Positions 22,488-33,520 are shown, numbered from the stretch's first letter. The stretch is 64,000 nucleotides of DNA from an uncultured delta proteobacterium (GCA_963778115.1 CAVZSV010000001.1:65011-129010), one strand, 5' to 3'. The notes: generated by a model not told the origin, from the letters alone. Numbers and translations: made by a program.

Positions 22488-22955
22488 CTATTTGTTTGCT
22501 AGGTGCGTTTTGAGAAAGTTATCGGCAATCTGTTCGTAGGTCTCGGCAAGTTTATCCAGCGTGTTTACCCGTTCTTTTACGCTTAAAATTATCACTTCCA
22601 TCTTACCTTTTTTGGGAATCTGCGCTTTGCATTGCGTCTCACCATAGGTTTCGCCAAATCGCTTGATGGCTTGGAGGGTTAACTTCGCCTTGGAACTCAT
22701 CTCCCGAAGTCCATCAAATCCCAATTTCTGGGTTTCCTTAAGAGGACTCTTCAACTGAGTCTCACACCGAGTGGCAATCTGATCGAGTCCTTCGATCTCA
22801 GAATACAGGCGAGCGTTTTCCGAAATGAGTTCAGGAACGCAGTTTCCCTCTTTATCCATTCCTCGTTTGTGGGAGGATAATAGTGAGGCATTGGCCACGC
22901 TGATTACTCCAAAAAGAACCGCGAAAGTAAGGAAACGCATACCCCTCCCAGGCAA
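22488..22955 (-). CDS. Secreted hypothetical protein
   Basis: Signal peptide (FLTFAVLFGVISVANA). Confidence 0.4.
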   Translation of the reverse strand: MPGRGMRFLTFAVLFGVISVANASLLSSHKRGMDKEGNCVPELISENARLYSEIEGLDQIATRCETQLKSPLKETQKLGFDGLREMSSKAKLTLQAIKRFGETYGETQCKAQIPKKGKMEVIILSVKERVNTLDKLAETYEQIADNFLKTHLANK

Positions 22956-23154
22956 AACTTAACTCAAGGGGTTAACCAAGCAAACGATATGCCATAAAAA
23001 GCCGAAGCAATCCCCCTTGGCGCCCCGCTTGAAGTGACAAATTTGGAGAGAAGACTGCCTCTTTGCGCTACCCTGGAGTTTCGGGGAGGATTAGGCGAGG
23101 AAAAAACTATGAACGACGTCGTCTCTAGGTAGGTCCTGCAATAAAGCACTTGGG

Positions 23155-24108
23155 TCAGCCGCCCGACTTTTTCCAGTCCCTATTCCATTTAAAGGGCACC
23201 ATAATAGAGATCTGTGAATCAACCTTCACTACTCCGGGAAGCAAGCCAGAGCCACGATGGATTTCTTCCAGAGTTTTCTCCAAATCGACCAAATTCTGAT
23301 ACCCAAGCTGCGGAACCGACCACGGATCTGATATGACGGCGTGAGCGCCTAACAAAATGATATCGCGAGGCAGAAAAGAAAGTAGTTGTTCCGTCGTCTT
23401 AAGATAACTCCCCATATGCTCCGGCAACAAAGTCCCAGCATACAAGAAATCTCCCGTGAAGAGCTGATGACTTTGTGGATCGTAAAGCATTATCGACTCT
23501 TCGGTATGGCCCGGAGTGCCTAGGACCTGTAGGGTTCGTCCTCCCAGATCAATGCCTTCGCCCGCTTTTAACCAGCGCTCGACTTTGAAATGCGGCGGCT
23601 TCACTCTTTCAGCACGCCCCAGATGTTGTAGATCTTCGAACTTAAAATACCCATCGGGATCGATTTGCTGTCTTAACTTCGGCTGATCAAGCATCATAAT
23701 GTGAGTGAACTTATCGTGATTTCCGACGTGATCGTAGTGAAGGTGGGAAGCGACTACAAGCACCGGAAGTTTAGTCAATTTCTCAACGACCTCTTTGATA
23801 TTTCTTACGCCCGGACCTGAGTCAAATAGGAGTGCCCTGTCATTCCCCAAGATCAAATAACTGACATTCTTCTGCCAATACCGTGGTTCACCGATCGCAA
23901 TCGTCTTAGCACCGATTGACTCCACGGCGAAATAATCTTCTACCCAGTATACTTCATTCTCTAAAGTGCCTTTCGCTCCGAGTTCAGGCTGCAGACCTAC
24001 CACAAATAGGAGCTGAACGAGAAAGGTTCTTGGACTTGCCGCAAAAAGTGCCGCGGCCAGAAAAACGACAGCCAAAATGACTAAAATGATAGCCTTGAAA
24101 ATCTTCAT
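23155..24108 (-). CDS. MBL-fold metallo-hydrolase, exported or membrane-anchored
   Basis: HxHxDH motif (ASHLHYDHVGNH). The N-terminal hydrophobic anchor/signal sequence is followed by a downstream His. Confidence 0.8.
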   Translation of the reverse strand: MKIFKAIILVILAVVFLAAALFAASPRTFLVQLLFVVGLQPELGAKGTLENEVYWVEDYFAVESIGAKTIAIGEPRYWQKNVSYLILGNDRALLFDSGPGVRNIKEVVEKLTKLPVLVVASHLHYDHVGNHDKFTHIMMLDQPKLRQQIDPDGYFKFEDLQHLGRAERVKPPHFKVERWLKAGEGIDLGGRTLQVLGTPGHTEESIMLYDPQSHQLFTGDFLYAGTLLPEHMGSYLKTTEQLLSFLPRDIILLGAHAVISDPWSVPQLGYQNLVDLEKTLEEIHRGSGLLPGVVKVDSQISIMVPFKWNRDWKKSGG

Positions 24109-24160
24109 TCGAACTCACGTCCCACACCTTTACCACACGTGATTACAAATAGGATGAGTT

Positions 24161-25179
24161 TCAGCGATCTAAAACCATCAGAACCGCGGTGCCGGAGATC
24201 ATCGTAGGATGTCTAGGATGCGTTTCGCCTTGTGGAGGGGGCTTAAACTGAGCTGCTATCGTATATAAGAGATGGGTCGAAGGATCTAAAGCCATCGTTC
24301 TTGCACTTTTTTGTGTCGCAATAGTATCTACGACAGAAAAGTTATCGGGAGAGTTTTCACGAATTACCGTTATCGTGCCTTCTCCATTTGAGCTAAAAGC
24401 CAATTGCGTCGTGGCGTCAAAAGCGGTTGCATCGACACCTTTTCCAATAGGAAGTGAAGAAACAACTTTGCCGCTTTCTGAATCCACGATAACCATCCTC
24501 TCGTTGTGACATCCGCAAAAGAGCCGATGGTGTTCGACATCCAAAGAAAGTCCAGTGGGTTCTTCGCAAGATGTGAGTGGCCACTCGGATAATTTTACGG
24601 ACTTTATGGGATCGATCGCTACCAACACATTTTTGTCTTCAAGATTCACAAACACTTTCCCTGAGGGATCGGCTGCGGCAAACTCAGGCTTCCCCCCAAC
24701 TCGACAGTCGCCGTGGCCTTTCCCGTGGCAGCGTCGACAATGGTTGCGTTTGCTGATTCGCCATTGAAACTGATAACCCTCTTCCCTACGGGTTGGTAGA
24801 CGATGGCATCCGGTTTCTTTCCGGTTTTTACCGTCCCCAGAACTTTCAGAGTTTTTAGGTCGAATATCGTTACCGTATTGGATAGACCGTTGCTCGTGAA
24901 TCCGCGCCCTAGCTCGGGTGCTAATGCAACGCCGTGCACGCCTTGAGTTGCTGGGATTTCACTTTCTTCCGTTCCTGATTCGAGATTAATCACGGCCACC
25001 CGTGTCGCTCGGGTTATATAAAGCCGCTTCATCGCGGCATCCACCGTAAGGTAATCCCACCCGGTATCACCCTTGAGCTTTATGGTCTTAACGAGGTGAT
25101 ATTTTCCGCCGTCTGCTCGAACCATCCCTGTTGTAATTATTGCCAACAACGCGACTATCCGAAAAAGCAATAGCGACAT
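24161..25179 (-). pseudogene. YVTN-type beta-propeller repeat protein split into two overlapping frames (24646-25179 and 24161-24655). This is a frameshifted gene or a sequencing error
   Basis: Both halves contain YVTN/YncE-like repeat units (LYITRATRVAVINLESG; TGKKPDAIVYQPVG; KGVDATAFDATT). Together they give a single ~340-aa propeller with a signal peptide. The two frames overlap by 10 nt. Confidence 0.5.
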
Positions 25180-25218
25180 GTGAGATCCTCCCCGAGTAGG
25201 GTTATACTATCACGGACT

Positions 25219-25983
25219 ATGAGAGCCGTTTTTGCGATTCTAATTTGGGCGGTGGCGGTTATTTTTTCGCCGTGGGTTCTAGCTCAAGGAGGCCCTCCTC
25301 TTATTACCGATGATCCGGATCCGCCTGGAGGCGGCCACTGGGAAATAAATATCGCGTTGACGCTCAACGCAACCTCCGATGCTCAGACCTTCGAGCTGCC
25401 ACACCTCGACGTGAACTACGGCTTGGGCGATAGCATTCAGCTCAAATGGGAGTCAGGCATTGCAATGATTACCCAACCCGGAACTACGGCGATGGCCGGA
25501 TGGGAAGACAGCCTATTTGGAATAAAGTGGAGAATTATAAACGGGGGCGACAAGGGTATCTCGGTAGGGACCTATCCACAATTAGGGATTCGACTTCTTT
25601 CCTCTGACAATTCCGATATCTCAGGGCCGAAATCTTATTTCATGCTTCCGGTAGAAGTGAAAAAGGGATGGGGAAACTTTGCCGTGGACGGGGAAGTAGG
25701 GGCTGTGTTCGCCTCAGGAGCCACCAATGGCTGGATGTATGGAGCCTGCGCCGGTTACCAAATCACAAAAAGAATCGAACTTCTTACCGAAGTGCATGGT
25801 CAGGTAAACGGAACCGCGGGAGCTTCCCTTCTCTTTCCTCCTGGACTTATTGTTCAAGTTGGAGCGACCATCGGTTTCAATGATGCCATTGCTTTGATGG
25901 GTGCTGTAGGGCGCACGGTACTAGTTCCCGATGGGGAACCCATCACGACCTTAATGTATTCCGGAGTGAAACTGACTCTCTAG
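25219..25983 (+). CDS. Putative outer-membrane beta-barrel protein. The ORF opens at 25180
   Basis: Signal peptide (MRAVFAILIWAVAVIFSPWVLAQG) and an amphipathic beta-strand pattern. Confidence 0.4.
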   Translation: MRAVFAILIWAVAVIFSPWVLAQGGPPLITDDPDPPGGGHWEINIALTLNATSDAQTFELPHLDVNYGLGDSIQLKWESGIAMITQPGTTAMAGWEDSLFGIKWRIINGGDKGISVGTYPQLGIRLLSSDNSDISGPKSYFMLPVEVKKGWGNFAVDGEVGAVFASGATNGWMYGACAGYQITKRIELLTEVHGQVNGTAGASLLFPPGLIVQVGATIGFNDAIALMGAVGRTVLVPDGEPITTLMYSGVKLTL

Positions 25984-25993
25984 GAGACTTTAG

Positions 25994-26332
25994 TCAGTCT
26001 TGTACCCACTTTTGAAGCCTCAAGATCGCGTCATTCCATTGGCTTGAAATCTGATCCAGATAGTTCTGCGCGCCCCTCAGACTACGCTTATCCAACTCCC
26101 ATATAGCCTTTCTCCCCTGACGATGGCTTCGAGCAAGGCCAGCCTCTTCCATCACCCGCAAGTGCTTGGTAATCGCTTGGCGTGAAACTTTCATGCCTTT
26201 CGCAAGCTCAGTGATGGATTTTGGCCCCTCATCGCAAAGACGAGCTACCAGTTTAAGCCTCGTACTATCGCCTAATGCCGCAAATACGCCAGCCGATCCC
26301 TCAAACTTGATGGCCTGTCTGGAATTTGGCAT
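25994..26332 (-). CDS. ArsR/SmtB-family transcriptional regulator. The likely start is at MPNSRQ
   Basis: HTH_20 signature LGDSTRLKLVARLCDEGPKSITELAKGMKVSRQAITKHLRVMEEAGL. Confidence 0.85.
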   Translation of the reverse strand: MPNSRQAIKFEGSAGVFAALGDSTRLKLVARLCDEGPKSITELAKGMKVSRQAITKHLRVMEEAGLARSHRQGRKAIWELDKRSLRGAQNYLDQISSQWNDAILRLQKWVQD

Positions 26333-26333
26333 C

Positions 26334-26825
26334 TTATTGCTCCAGATATTTCTTGATAAGCTCGGTCTGCTTCTGCCAGCCACCGTCATTCGCTTTGAAG
26401 GCAGCAGCACGGCGGTGTAGGGGAATCTTATCGAAACCAGACTCCGTAATGGTCAAAAGAACGCCCTCTTTGTTTTTTGCTAGCTCAAAAGTGATGAGCG
26501 TCATGGGCTCCGAGGAATAATCGATTTTTTTATCGATCGCGAAAGGATGCCACTTGATGGCAAAAAGACTCTGCGGCTGGATTTTTTCTACGTGAAAACT
26601 TACGGCAGTGCCCTCATAGGGCTTCTGCAGTGCGGCTACCTCTTTGTCGACGACTGTGGGGGCTATAACCCCTGTAATCGCCTGACCTGCGACAAACGGC
26701 CCCTCCAATCGCATTCCAAACCAAGTCCCGAACTCTTTCGAATCCGTGATGGCGCGCCACACGTGTTCCAAAGGAGCTTTCAATAATACCGTCTTAATAA
26801 GTTTATCGTTTGAACTCATACGCAA
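26334..26825 (-). CDS. SRPBCC / AHSA1 (activator of Hsp90 ATPase-like) family protein
   Basis: LKAPLEHVWRAITDSKEFGTWFG opening. The gene is tightly coupled to the downstream ArsR gene, which is the usual ArsR-SRPBCC pairing. Confidence 0.8.
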   Translation of the reverse strand: MRMSSNDKLIKTVLLKAPLEHVWRAITDSKEFGTWFGMRLEGPFVAGQAITGVIAPTVVDKEVAALQKPYEGTAVSFHVEKIQPQSLFAIKWHPFAIDKKIDYSSEPMTLITFELAKNKEGVLLTITESGFDKIPLHRRAAAFKANDGGWQKQTELIKKYLEQ

Positions 26826-27068
26826 CCCATAGGTTGCATATTAACAATTTCAAAAATAGAAAGCAACCCGAACCATTAGAAATAAAATTTACGCGAATTT
26901 CAGAAAGACAGATCGCCGATCGCGGCGATGGCGTTGTATCGACGATACTTTCGATAAAAATCTGGCAAATTAAATTGTGTTTAGATTTATTTCTATTTTT
27001 TTTATTTGACCGCACTGCATTCGTAGATTAACTCCCCCGAGAACTCAAAAAATTAGGAGCTAGTACTG

Positions 27069-28136
27069 ATGGTAAATTTACTCGTGTGTTTCGTATTGTC
27101 TTTATTTTCTGCATCCGCGATGGCAACGGAAGGTCTTACTCCGGTCGAAGGAATGCAAAAAGATCTCTTTATCTATGCGTTTCCTGCTAAAGACGCTGAG
27201 GGACAGCTAGAAGGCTATGTCTATTCGCGTCGAGAATTGGATAACGTCTGGGTTGATGTGGGAGCGCAAGACCGACACGCAACCTCCGTAGTTGCGCCTA
27301 AAATGGACTACAAGGTCTTTACCTACAAAATTCCGGGAACCATTGATTCCAAGACAACCGAGCTCAAGCTACATAGTTATGACGTAGCTTCCAAAGCTTT
27401 GATCTTTGCGAATTTTACCGCCGAACCAAAAGACGACGGGATAAAGTTTGGATTAGTCTCGTACGAATACACCGACAAAAACCCACGCCACGTGGGCTTC
27501 CGGGCGTTCTTAGTGGAAACTTCTCCGGGTTCTGGTGTTTTCCACGTCGATTTTATAACGCTGCTACCTTTGGGCTCGGTTTATGGCAAGACGGACAAGA
27601 CCTGGACGGGAACTCAAATACTGCACAATGACAGCAAGCTGGAAAAGATCTACCGACTGAGCCAAACCGTAAAGAATACGGAAGGTCTCACCGTGGAAGT
27701 TCGCGCAAAAAAACTCGACCGTACGGGGTTTGTGCAAAAATTTGTGCTAAAAAAAGAGAACGACTCTGACAAATTTGATTTTGTTTTGGATGGCACAAAG
27801 TCCCTTACGACCGCCGACGTAGCTAAACAGGAGCGCGAAGATGCCGAGTTACATGCTCTGGAAAACAGAAAGAAACTTTTCGGTGGCGCCCAATACAGCC
27901 CCCAAGAAGTTGCTCAAGCCCGTGCCGAGTATATGGCCGCCCGCGGTTGGATGGGATGCCATATTGGTTTTGACGGCAAACCCGTCTCTATGCTCATGGG
28001 CATGGTCCCTACTTCCCAAGGAGGAATGTGGGAGGGCACTGGCTTTAACCGTCCCACCTGTAGCAATGGCAATACGCTTATTGCTGAAGGCAGATCCGGT
28101 GGATACATCGTACATTTTTACCGGCCCTGGAACTAA
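27069..28136 (+). CDS. Secreted hypothetical protein
   Basis: Signal peptide (VCFVLSLFSASAMA). No recognised domain. Confidence 0.5.
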   Translation: MVNLLVCFVLSLFSASAMATEGLTPVEGMQKDLFIYAFPAKDAEGQLEGYVYSRRELDNVWVDVGAQDRHATSVVAPKMDYKVFTYKIPGTIDSKTTELKLHSYDVASKALIFANFTAEPKDDGIKFGLVSYEYTDKNPRHVGFRAFLVETSPGSGVFHVDFITLLPLGSVYGKTDKTWTGTQILHNDSKLEKIYRLSQTVKNTEGLTVEVRAKKLDRTGFVQKFVLKKENDSDKFDFVLDGTKSLTTADVAKQEREDAELHALENRKKLFGGAQYSPQEVAQARAEYMAARGWMGCHIGFDGKPVSMLMGMVPTSQGGMWEGTGFNRPTCSNGNTLIAEGRSGGYIVHFYRPWN

Positions 28137-28149
28137 CGGTTCGTTGGCT

Positions 28150-28198
28150 TAAAAAAGGCAGTGCACTCTGGCCTCTCTAAAGTGCACTGCCTTTTTCT
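28150..28198. terminator. Perfect hairpin terminator (AAAAAGGCAGTGCACT...AGTGCACTGCCTTTTT)
   Basis: 13-bp inverted repeat flanked by an A-run on one side and a T-run on the other. It is bidirectional. Confidence 0.65.
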
Positions 28199-28276
28199 CA
28201 TTCCTGCGTAGTGACTCTTTCGAAAGGGGCGTCTGACAGTGGACGATTTTTAAACTTAGTGCGAAACTAGGCCCTT

Positions 28277-28999
28277 ATGGGACGAATATTTGAAACTCGA
28301 AAAGCAACCATGTTTGCCCGTTGGGACCGTATGGCAAAAGCGTTTACGCGCGTTGCCAAAGAGATCGCCATCGCGGTAAAGGCCGCAGGTCCCCTTCCGG
28401 AAAATAACCCAGCTTTACGCCGAGCCCTCCAAAACGCCCGCGGCGTAAACATGCCCAAGGACAAGATCGAAAACGCCATCAAGCGCGCTAGCGGTCAGGC
28501 CGACGCCGATTACCAGACCCTTTTTTATGAAGGCTACGCCCCCCATGGAGTACCGGTAATTGTAGAGGCGGCAACCGATAATCCGGTGAGGACGGTGAGT
28601 AACGTAAGGCGGATATTTAAAACGTATGGCGGCAATCTTGGCGCCGGCGGCAGCGTGGCCTTCCTTTTTAAGCACATGGGGGTTTTTCGACTCTTACCGG
28701 AAGGGCTTGATATCGAGGTCCTCGAATTCGAGCTGATCGATCACGGTCTTGAAGAGATGGGGGAATCCACCGGTGAAAAGGGCGAAAAGATAATCATCGC
28801 TCGCTGCCTCTTTGAAAATTTCGGCCAGCTTCAAAGTGCTATTGAAGCCCGCAAGATAACCCCGCTTTCGTCGGGATCCGAATACGTCGCCGAAAACTTT
28901 GCGGAGCTCCCGAACGAACAAGCGACAGAAGTCTTGGAACTCATCGATGCCTTGGAGCAGGACGATGATGTTCAGCGGGTTTTTCATAACTTGAAGTGA
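28277..28999 (+). CDS. YebC/PmpR-family DNA-binding regulator
   Basis: The protein is collinear with YebC-like proteins (RASGQ...YEGYAPHGV...RTVSNVR...GGNLG). Confidence 0.8.
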   Translation: MGRIFETRKATMFARWDRMAKAFTRVAKEIAIAVKAAGPLPENNPALRRALQNARGVNMPKDKIENAIKRASGQADADYQTLFYEGYAPHGVPVIVEAATDNPVRTVSNVRRIFKTYGGNLGAGGSVAFLFKHMGVFRLLPEGLDIEVLEFELIDHGLEEMGESTGEKGEKIIIARCLFENFGQLQSAIEARKITPLSSGSEYVAENFAELPNEQATEVLELIDALEQDDDVQRVFHNLK

Positions 29000-29014
29000 T
29001 CTTCCGTCCCCTGC

Positions 29015-29737
29015 TTAGTCGGTGATCTTAATGGGCCTGTCTTTGGTATGGTATGAGGTTACAAAGTTTCCCCCGGCTGACGTCGCCTGCGAAAGGGGCG
29101 TTGTCTTTTCCAGAGTCAAAGTCATGGTCGTATCCCCTGGGGAAAGCGTTGAGAGATCGCTGGGTGTTAGCGTTACAAATTTGTCCCCCGGATTCGAAGC
29201 ATAGAAAGAGGTCATCTTTGCTGGGTCTCTCGCGTCTGGGATCGTTAGAGTCACCTTTTGCCCTTGCTCAAGGGGTTTTCCTGCCCACGAAACGTGCACG
29301 GGCGAAGTCCGTTTTAATTCCGTCGGCGTCGAATTTGCGAACTCAATTTTTTCAATGACACCACTATTCTCGTACTTACGTCCCTTCGTGTCGGTAAAAT
29401 AAAAAGTGTTTTTTTTCTTAAGCCCCACCCCGTCTCCCGAATAAAATGTTCCTAGCACATCATGTTCGCTAAGAGCATAGGAGTCGTGTGTGACTTCGCT
29501 CCCGCCATCAAGATGCAATGTCGTTGATCCAAAAATAAATTGTGCACGAACCGTTGTCTTATCCGTAGTTTCATCATAGGAAGCCGAATACGACTGAACC
29601 ACCCTATCCGGATTGGCATCCTTAGCGTTTTCAGTGGCACAGCAGGAGAGTAAGGTTGCGTAACCAACCGCCACAGTTAGACCCAGGACCAAATGCAACA
29701 CCCGCGCTAGATTTCGATGATTGACTCTCATATCCAC
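29015..29737 (-). CDS. Putative lipoprotein
   Basis: Signal peptide with a lipobox-like LLSCC. Confidence 0.45.
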   Translation of the reverse strand: MDMRVNHRNLARVLHLVLGLTVAVGYATLLSCCATENAKDANPDRVVQSYSASYDETTDKTTVRAQFIFGSTTLHLDGGSEVTHDSYALSEHDVLGTFYSGDGVGLKKKNTFYFTDTKGRKYENSGVIEKIEFANSTPTELKRTSPVHVSWAGKPLEQGQKVTLTIPDARDPAKMTSFYASNPGDKFVTLTPSDLSTLSPGDTTMTLTLEKTTPLSQATSAGGNFVTSYHTKDRPIKITD

Positions 29738-29791
29738 CTCTACGGGGAGGCAGTGTGCAATTTCTGTGCAAACCGGAAACCCGAGGCGAGC

Positions 29792-30283
29792 TTAGGGATA
29801 GAAATACAAAAGGGCCGGCTCAAGTTCGGCTTTAAACGGAAGCAATTCGCCGGTGTCGACACCGAACTCGGATTGCGTGGGCTTATTGGTAAATAGAATC
29901 CGAAGATCCCTAGGGGTGGAATGAGCCCGATAAGGAGCGGGCCCATCCAAAGAATCAAAAAAGGAGATCTGCTTCGAAGCTTTCCAATTTCCTTTATATA
30001 CTCTCACCAGATGCCCGTAAAAATGGTGTACGCTAAGGATAGGCGGCTCGTGAGACTCCCATCTATCCTTGTCGATACTTACCAATAAGATGTATTTGTA
30101 CTGAGAAAAGAAGCCCCGCGTATTTTCCACCGTTTCTTTCGCCCACGGCTCGATTATCTTTTGAAGGTAAACGCTATCCGTCGGAACCGTGGATCCCATG
30201 GAGACCCGGGCGAAGAAAACGACAAGGGTGAACAGAAAAATTGGCATTTTTTTCATCTGGTACTTAATCCTAATATTTGCCAC
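29792..30283 (-). CDS. Secreted hypothetical protein
   Basis: Signal peptide (MKKMPIFLFTLVVFFARVSMG). Confidence 0.4.
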   Translation of the reverse strand: MANIRIKYQMKKMPIFLFTLVVFFARVSMGSTVPTDSVYLQKIIEPWAKETVENTRGFFSQYKYILLVSIDKDRWESHEPPILSVHHFYGHLVRVYKGNWKASKQISFFDSLDGPAPYRAHSTPRDLRILFTNKPTQSEFGVDTGELLPFKAELEPALLYFYP

Positions 30284-30392
30284 TTACTAAACTCAGTCTC
30301 GGTCTGTGTCTCAAATTGTGTTTTTCTCTTCACAATCAGTATTTAGATCAAGTTCTTGTGCTAGGTTATTATAAACACTCATTGGGGTAAAT

Positions 30393-32267
30393 ATGTACGT
30401 TAAAGGATACTCCCGTGCCGTCTTATATCTTTATTTTGCCCTTGGGGGACTTACGGCGTCTCTCGTTCTAACCGCGTCTCCATTCGAAGCCAGTCAAAGT
30501 GATAATGATAACTGGACCCCGGTGTATAAGGCAGTTCAGTTAAATAACCCATCCCACATTTTATTGACGAATAGTTGGGATGAATTATCCAACGCGGTCC
30601 AGAAATTTAATTACGGATCGTATGGACATTCCTTTTATGCGCGTAAAACCGCCATTCCAGGGAAAACGGTCGTAGTGAAGCGTTTCTTCCTAGAGGACAA
30701 TGCGAGATTAGGAAGTGGCAGAGGCTTCTATTACACTTCCGATAGTGCTGAAATCGCAAATCTGACAAGTGCTCCGTGGTCCTTGAGTTCCTCCAGCGAA
30801 TTTATTTTGTTCAGTCCGCTTTTGCCGCAGCCCCCTGGTACTCTCCCCCTTTATCGATATGTCAATTCATCGAAAGTACAGATCATCTCGACGATCAAAA
30901 GTTCGCATATCGATGCTCAGAATCTTAGGTTATTAGGTTACGCTCCGTCGCACTTATATCGCGGAGTGAACATGGTGGTAAGCAATACCTCACAAAATTC
31001 GGACACTAACGATAGCGTTTCATCCAGCGATACCCCTTCCTGGAAGCCCAACTTAATTCGCTGGCCACTTTCCACTTTCACGGTAGTTCACGCCACGACT
31101 TTACCGTCGAAAGCGGCCCCGACGGATTCAGAATCCATGCATCTAAGTTTTTCGCAATGGCTCTTTAAAAACGCCGTCTTTTCCGGAGGCGATGCCAATG
31201 AAAGAGAAGCCGATACGGCTAATGACTGGAACGATTATGCTTACTGGCTCGACAGCGCCATGGCGAATCTTGATAACTTTCTAAGTAACGCTCCCAGCGG
31301 AGTGACCGTACTTGTAGACCTTCATATTGCTCCTTGGGGATGCAGCCCTTCGAATAGGACGGTCTTCGCCTCTCCCCTCAACGTATTTCAAAATCCCAAC
31401 TTATTTGAAAACCCCCTTTGCCAGGATCTTTTTAAGAACGCTTGGGCATATCTATCGCTGCGTTACGGACAGAACCCGAAAGTTTGGGGATTTGATGTTT
31501 TAAATGAACCTTGGGTCGCTTCGGTGGGAGCTAGTAATTGGAATTCCGCGGCAGCTCTTTGGAATTCTTTGGCTGAGACGAGTGCTAAAATTATCCAAAG
31601 CAATGCCGCAGCTGATAAACGAATTGTTATTGAATCGCCCTATGGAGATCCCAAAACTATACTGACGATCAAGCCGGTCACCGGAGTGGCAAACGCCGTC
31701 TATAGCTTTCATATGTATTGGCCTACCGACTTTACCTATCAAGGAATCAGCACTTCCGTTTGCCCCTGCACTCCTAAGAGTGCCGACGATAAGAGCTGTG
31801 CCGACTCCGCCAAGGTATTACCTTCCGTGTTCCCGAGCGCTTCTATGTCATCGATCATTCCGGATTATGCCTCTCCTTCTAGCAAGCCGGTTTACGGATC
31901 GTGGGATGTAGCGGGTCTCCAACAGGCCATCCGACCCGTAGTGCTCTTCCAGCAGCAATACCATGTTCCCATTTACGTCGGAGAATTTAGCGCCTCACGC
32001 TGGACCTCTCCCGGTAGTGCGGCGAATTTTCTTGATGCCTGTATCAACCTCTTTGAGAGCCACGGATGGGATTGGACCTATTTTTCTGACATCCAAAATA
32101 CGACGGATGCGACGTCAGGCAGTGCATTTAATGTGACACTGCCGGAAGGGGCGCAATATGATTATTTTTGTCCGTCGCGCCCTTCAGACTCTCTGCAGTC
32201 CTCGACGTCGACTTCAAGAATGCAAGTTCTAATGAAGGCGTTTGACGGAAATCTCACCACTCCCTAG
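30393..32267 (+). CDS. Secreted glycoside hydrolase, GH5-like (cellulase superfamily), with an N-terminal extra domain
   Basis: Signal peptide. The acid/base motif FDVLNEPW (NEP) and the nucleophile motif IYVGEFSAS (GEF) are at the expected separation. Confidence 0.65.
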   Translation: MYVKGYSRAVLYLYFALGGLTASLVLTASPFEASQSDNDNWTPVYKAVQLNNPSHILLTNSWDELSNAVQKFNYGSYGHSFYARKTAIPGKTVVVKRFFLEDNARLGSGRGFYYTSDSAEIANLTSAPWSLSSSSEFILFSPLLPQPPGTLPLYRYVNSSKVQIISTIKSSHIDAQNLRLLGYAPSHLYRGVNMVVSNTSQNSDTNDSVSSSDTPSWKPNLIRWPLSTFTVVHATTLPSKAAPTDSESMHLSFSQWLFKNAVFSGGDANEREADTANDWNDYAYWLDSAMANLDNFLSNAPSGVTVLVDLHIAPWGCSPSNRTVFASPLNVFQNPNLFENPLCQDLFKNAWAYLSLRYGQNPKVWGFDVLNEPWVASVGASNWNSAAALWNSLAETSAKIIQSNAAADKRIVIESPYGDPKTILTIKPVTGVANAVYSFHMYWPTDFTYQGISTSVCPCTPKSADDKSCADSAKVLPSVFPSASMSSIIPDYASPSSKPVYGSWDVAGLQQAIRPVVLFQQQYHVPIYVGEFSASRWTSPGSAANFLDACINLFESHGWDWTYFSDIQNTTDATSGSAFNVTLPEGAQYDYFCPSRPSDSLQSSTSTSRMQVLMKAFDGNLTTP

Positions 32268-32272
32268 CGTTT

Positions 32273-33520
32273 TTAGATCGGCTGATCAGAAGAATCACTG
32301 CCGTGCCTCCCCGGATTCTCTCCGGCGGGTTGGCGGTGAGGTCTTAGATCTTGGGTATTAGCTAAATCGTTATAGCTTGCGTGAGGTCGCGGAAGATCAA
32401 AACCTAAATTTTGAAGCAGCTGTTTCGCCCAACCCACGTCACTATAAACACGCTCTCCGTTAAGCCCACCGAGCAAGGCTCCAATTAAGTTTCCAAACCT
32501 GTCGAAAACTCCGCCTCCCGAATCGCCTTGGACGGTTTGAGTTCCGCTCTGAGCGACTTCAAAGAGGTGGCCCAATACTCTTCCAACCCTTGCTAATCCC
32601 GTACCCATGCCGGCACCCAGCATTCGGTGGGAGTATTTTATAGACTCCTCATTTTGAAGGGGAGAATCGCGCATCGGAATGGGCTGTATGTCGCCTTTGC
32701 AGGGAAAAATAATGACGCCTCCATCATTAGCGCGTGCTATCTGATTGGGTGTAGGACGGTTTTTTAAATCATTGGGATTGAGATAGATTTTTGCTCCCTG
32801 AATCTCTCCAAAATCAGACGCGAGGAAGGTAGCTTTTCCCACTAGAGCACCGGCTTCTTGCCCTTTTTCAGCCGATGCGACATAGGCATCATTCAAACAG
32901 TGCGTGGCGGTCACAGCGGCGCACAGAAATTCCGAGGCCACTTTCTTAACCGCGGCCAAAGTCCCCTGACACCCATTATAGACGGTACGATTTCCCTCTC
33001 GCATGGCGAGCCTATAGGAAAAGCTCATTAGTCCGTTTTGACCTATTCTGGTTTCCTGGCCTCCGGCCTGGGGAACTTCGCCTGTCCTTACACCCGCTCC
33101 CCCAGAAATGGGATTGCTCGCTGGACCAGAATTAGCAGTACCGGCGCGTGCCCCTCGGCTGGGAGGATCCTCTGCCGCTACTGGAAACCCACTGCTGCCA
33201 GGCGAACCGTGCCCCAAAGCCCCTTCGGGGCCGGGATTCGATCCGGAATTAAATCCTATTCCTGCTCCTGCTCCCCCTCCAAAAATCTGCGGATCGATAA
33301 AACCATCACGGCCCTGAGAAGGATTTCCTCCCTCTGAGGGTTCACTTCTTAAATTTGCGAACTGCCCTGCATCGATTCCCCCTCGGCCGCCTTCCAATGC
33401 GCCCAACGGCGATTCCTCGGGTCCGAGACCTTGCGAAGGGCCGCCACCGCTCGGCCCTCCTCCGCCACCCATGCCGCTTAAGCAGCCGCAAAAACTGGAA
33501 AGCAAAGCAAAAAACGCCAT
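32273..33520 (-). CDS. Trypsin-like S1 serine peptidase with an N-terminal Gly-rich low-complexity linker. The ORF extends to 33643
   Basis: Signal peptide, then a G/P/S-rich region. TATHCLND is the His motif and GDSGGGVFD is the Ser motif. Confidence 0.75.
   Translation of the reverse strand: MAFFALLSSFCGCLSGMGGGGGPSGGGPSQGLGPEESPLGALEGGRGGIDAGQFANLRSEPSEGGNPSQGRDGFIDPQIFGGGAGAGIGFNSGSNPGPEGALGHGSPGSSGFPVAAEDPPSRGARAGTANSGPASNPISGGAGVRTGEVPQAGGQETRIGQNGLMSFSYRLAMREGNRTVYNGCQGTLAAVKKVASEFLCAAVTATHCLNDAYVASAEKGQEAGALVGKATFLASDFGEIQGAKIYLNPNDLKNRPTPNQIARANDGGVIIFPCKGDIQPIPMRDSPLQNEESIKYSHRMLGAGMGTGLARVGRVLGHLFEVAQSGTQTVQGDSGGGVFDRFGNLIGALLGGLNGERVYSDVGWAKQLLQNLGFDLPRPHASYNDLANTQDLRPHRQPAGENPGRHGSDSSDQPI

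Noticed and set aside
26890-26945. Inverted repeat ATCGCC(N6)GGCGAT in the AT-rich intergenic region upstream of 27069
   Set aside because: Short 6-bp arms. It could be an operator, but this is too weak to call without comparative data.
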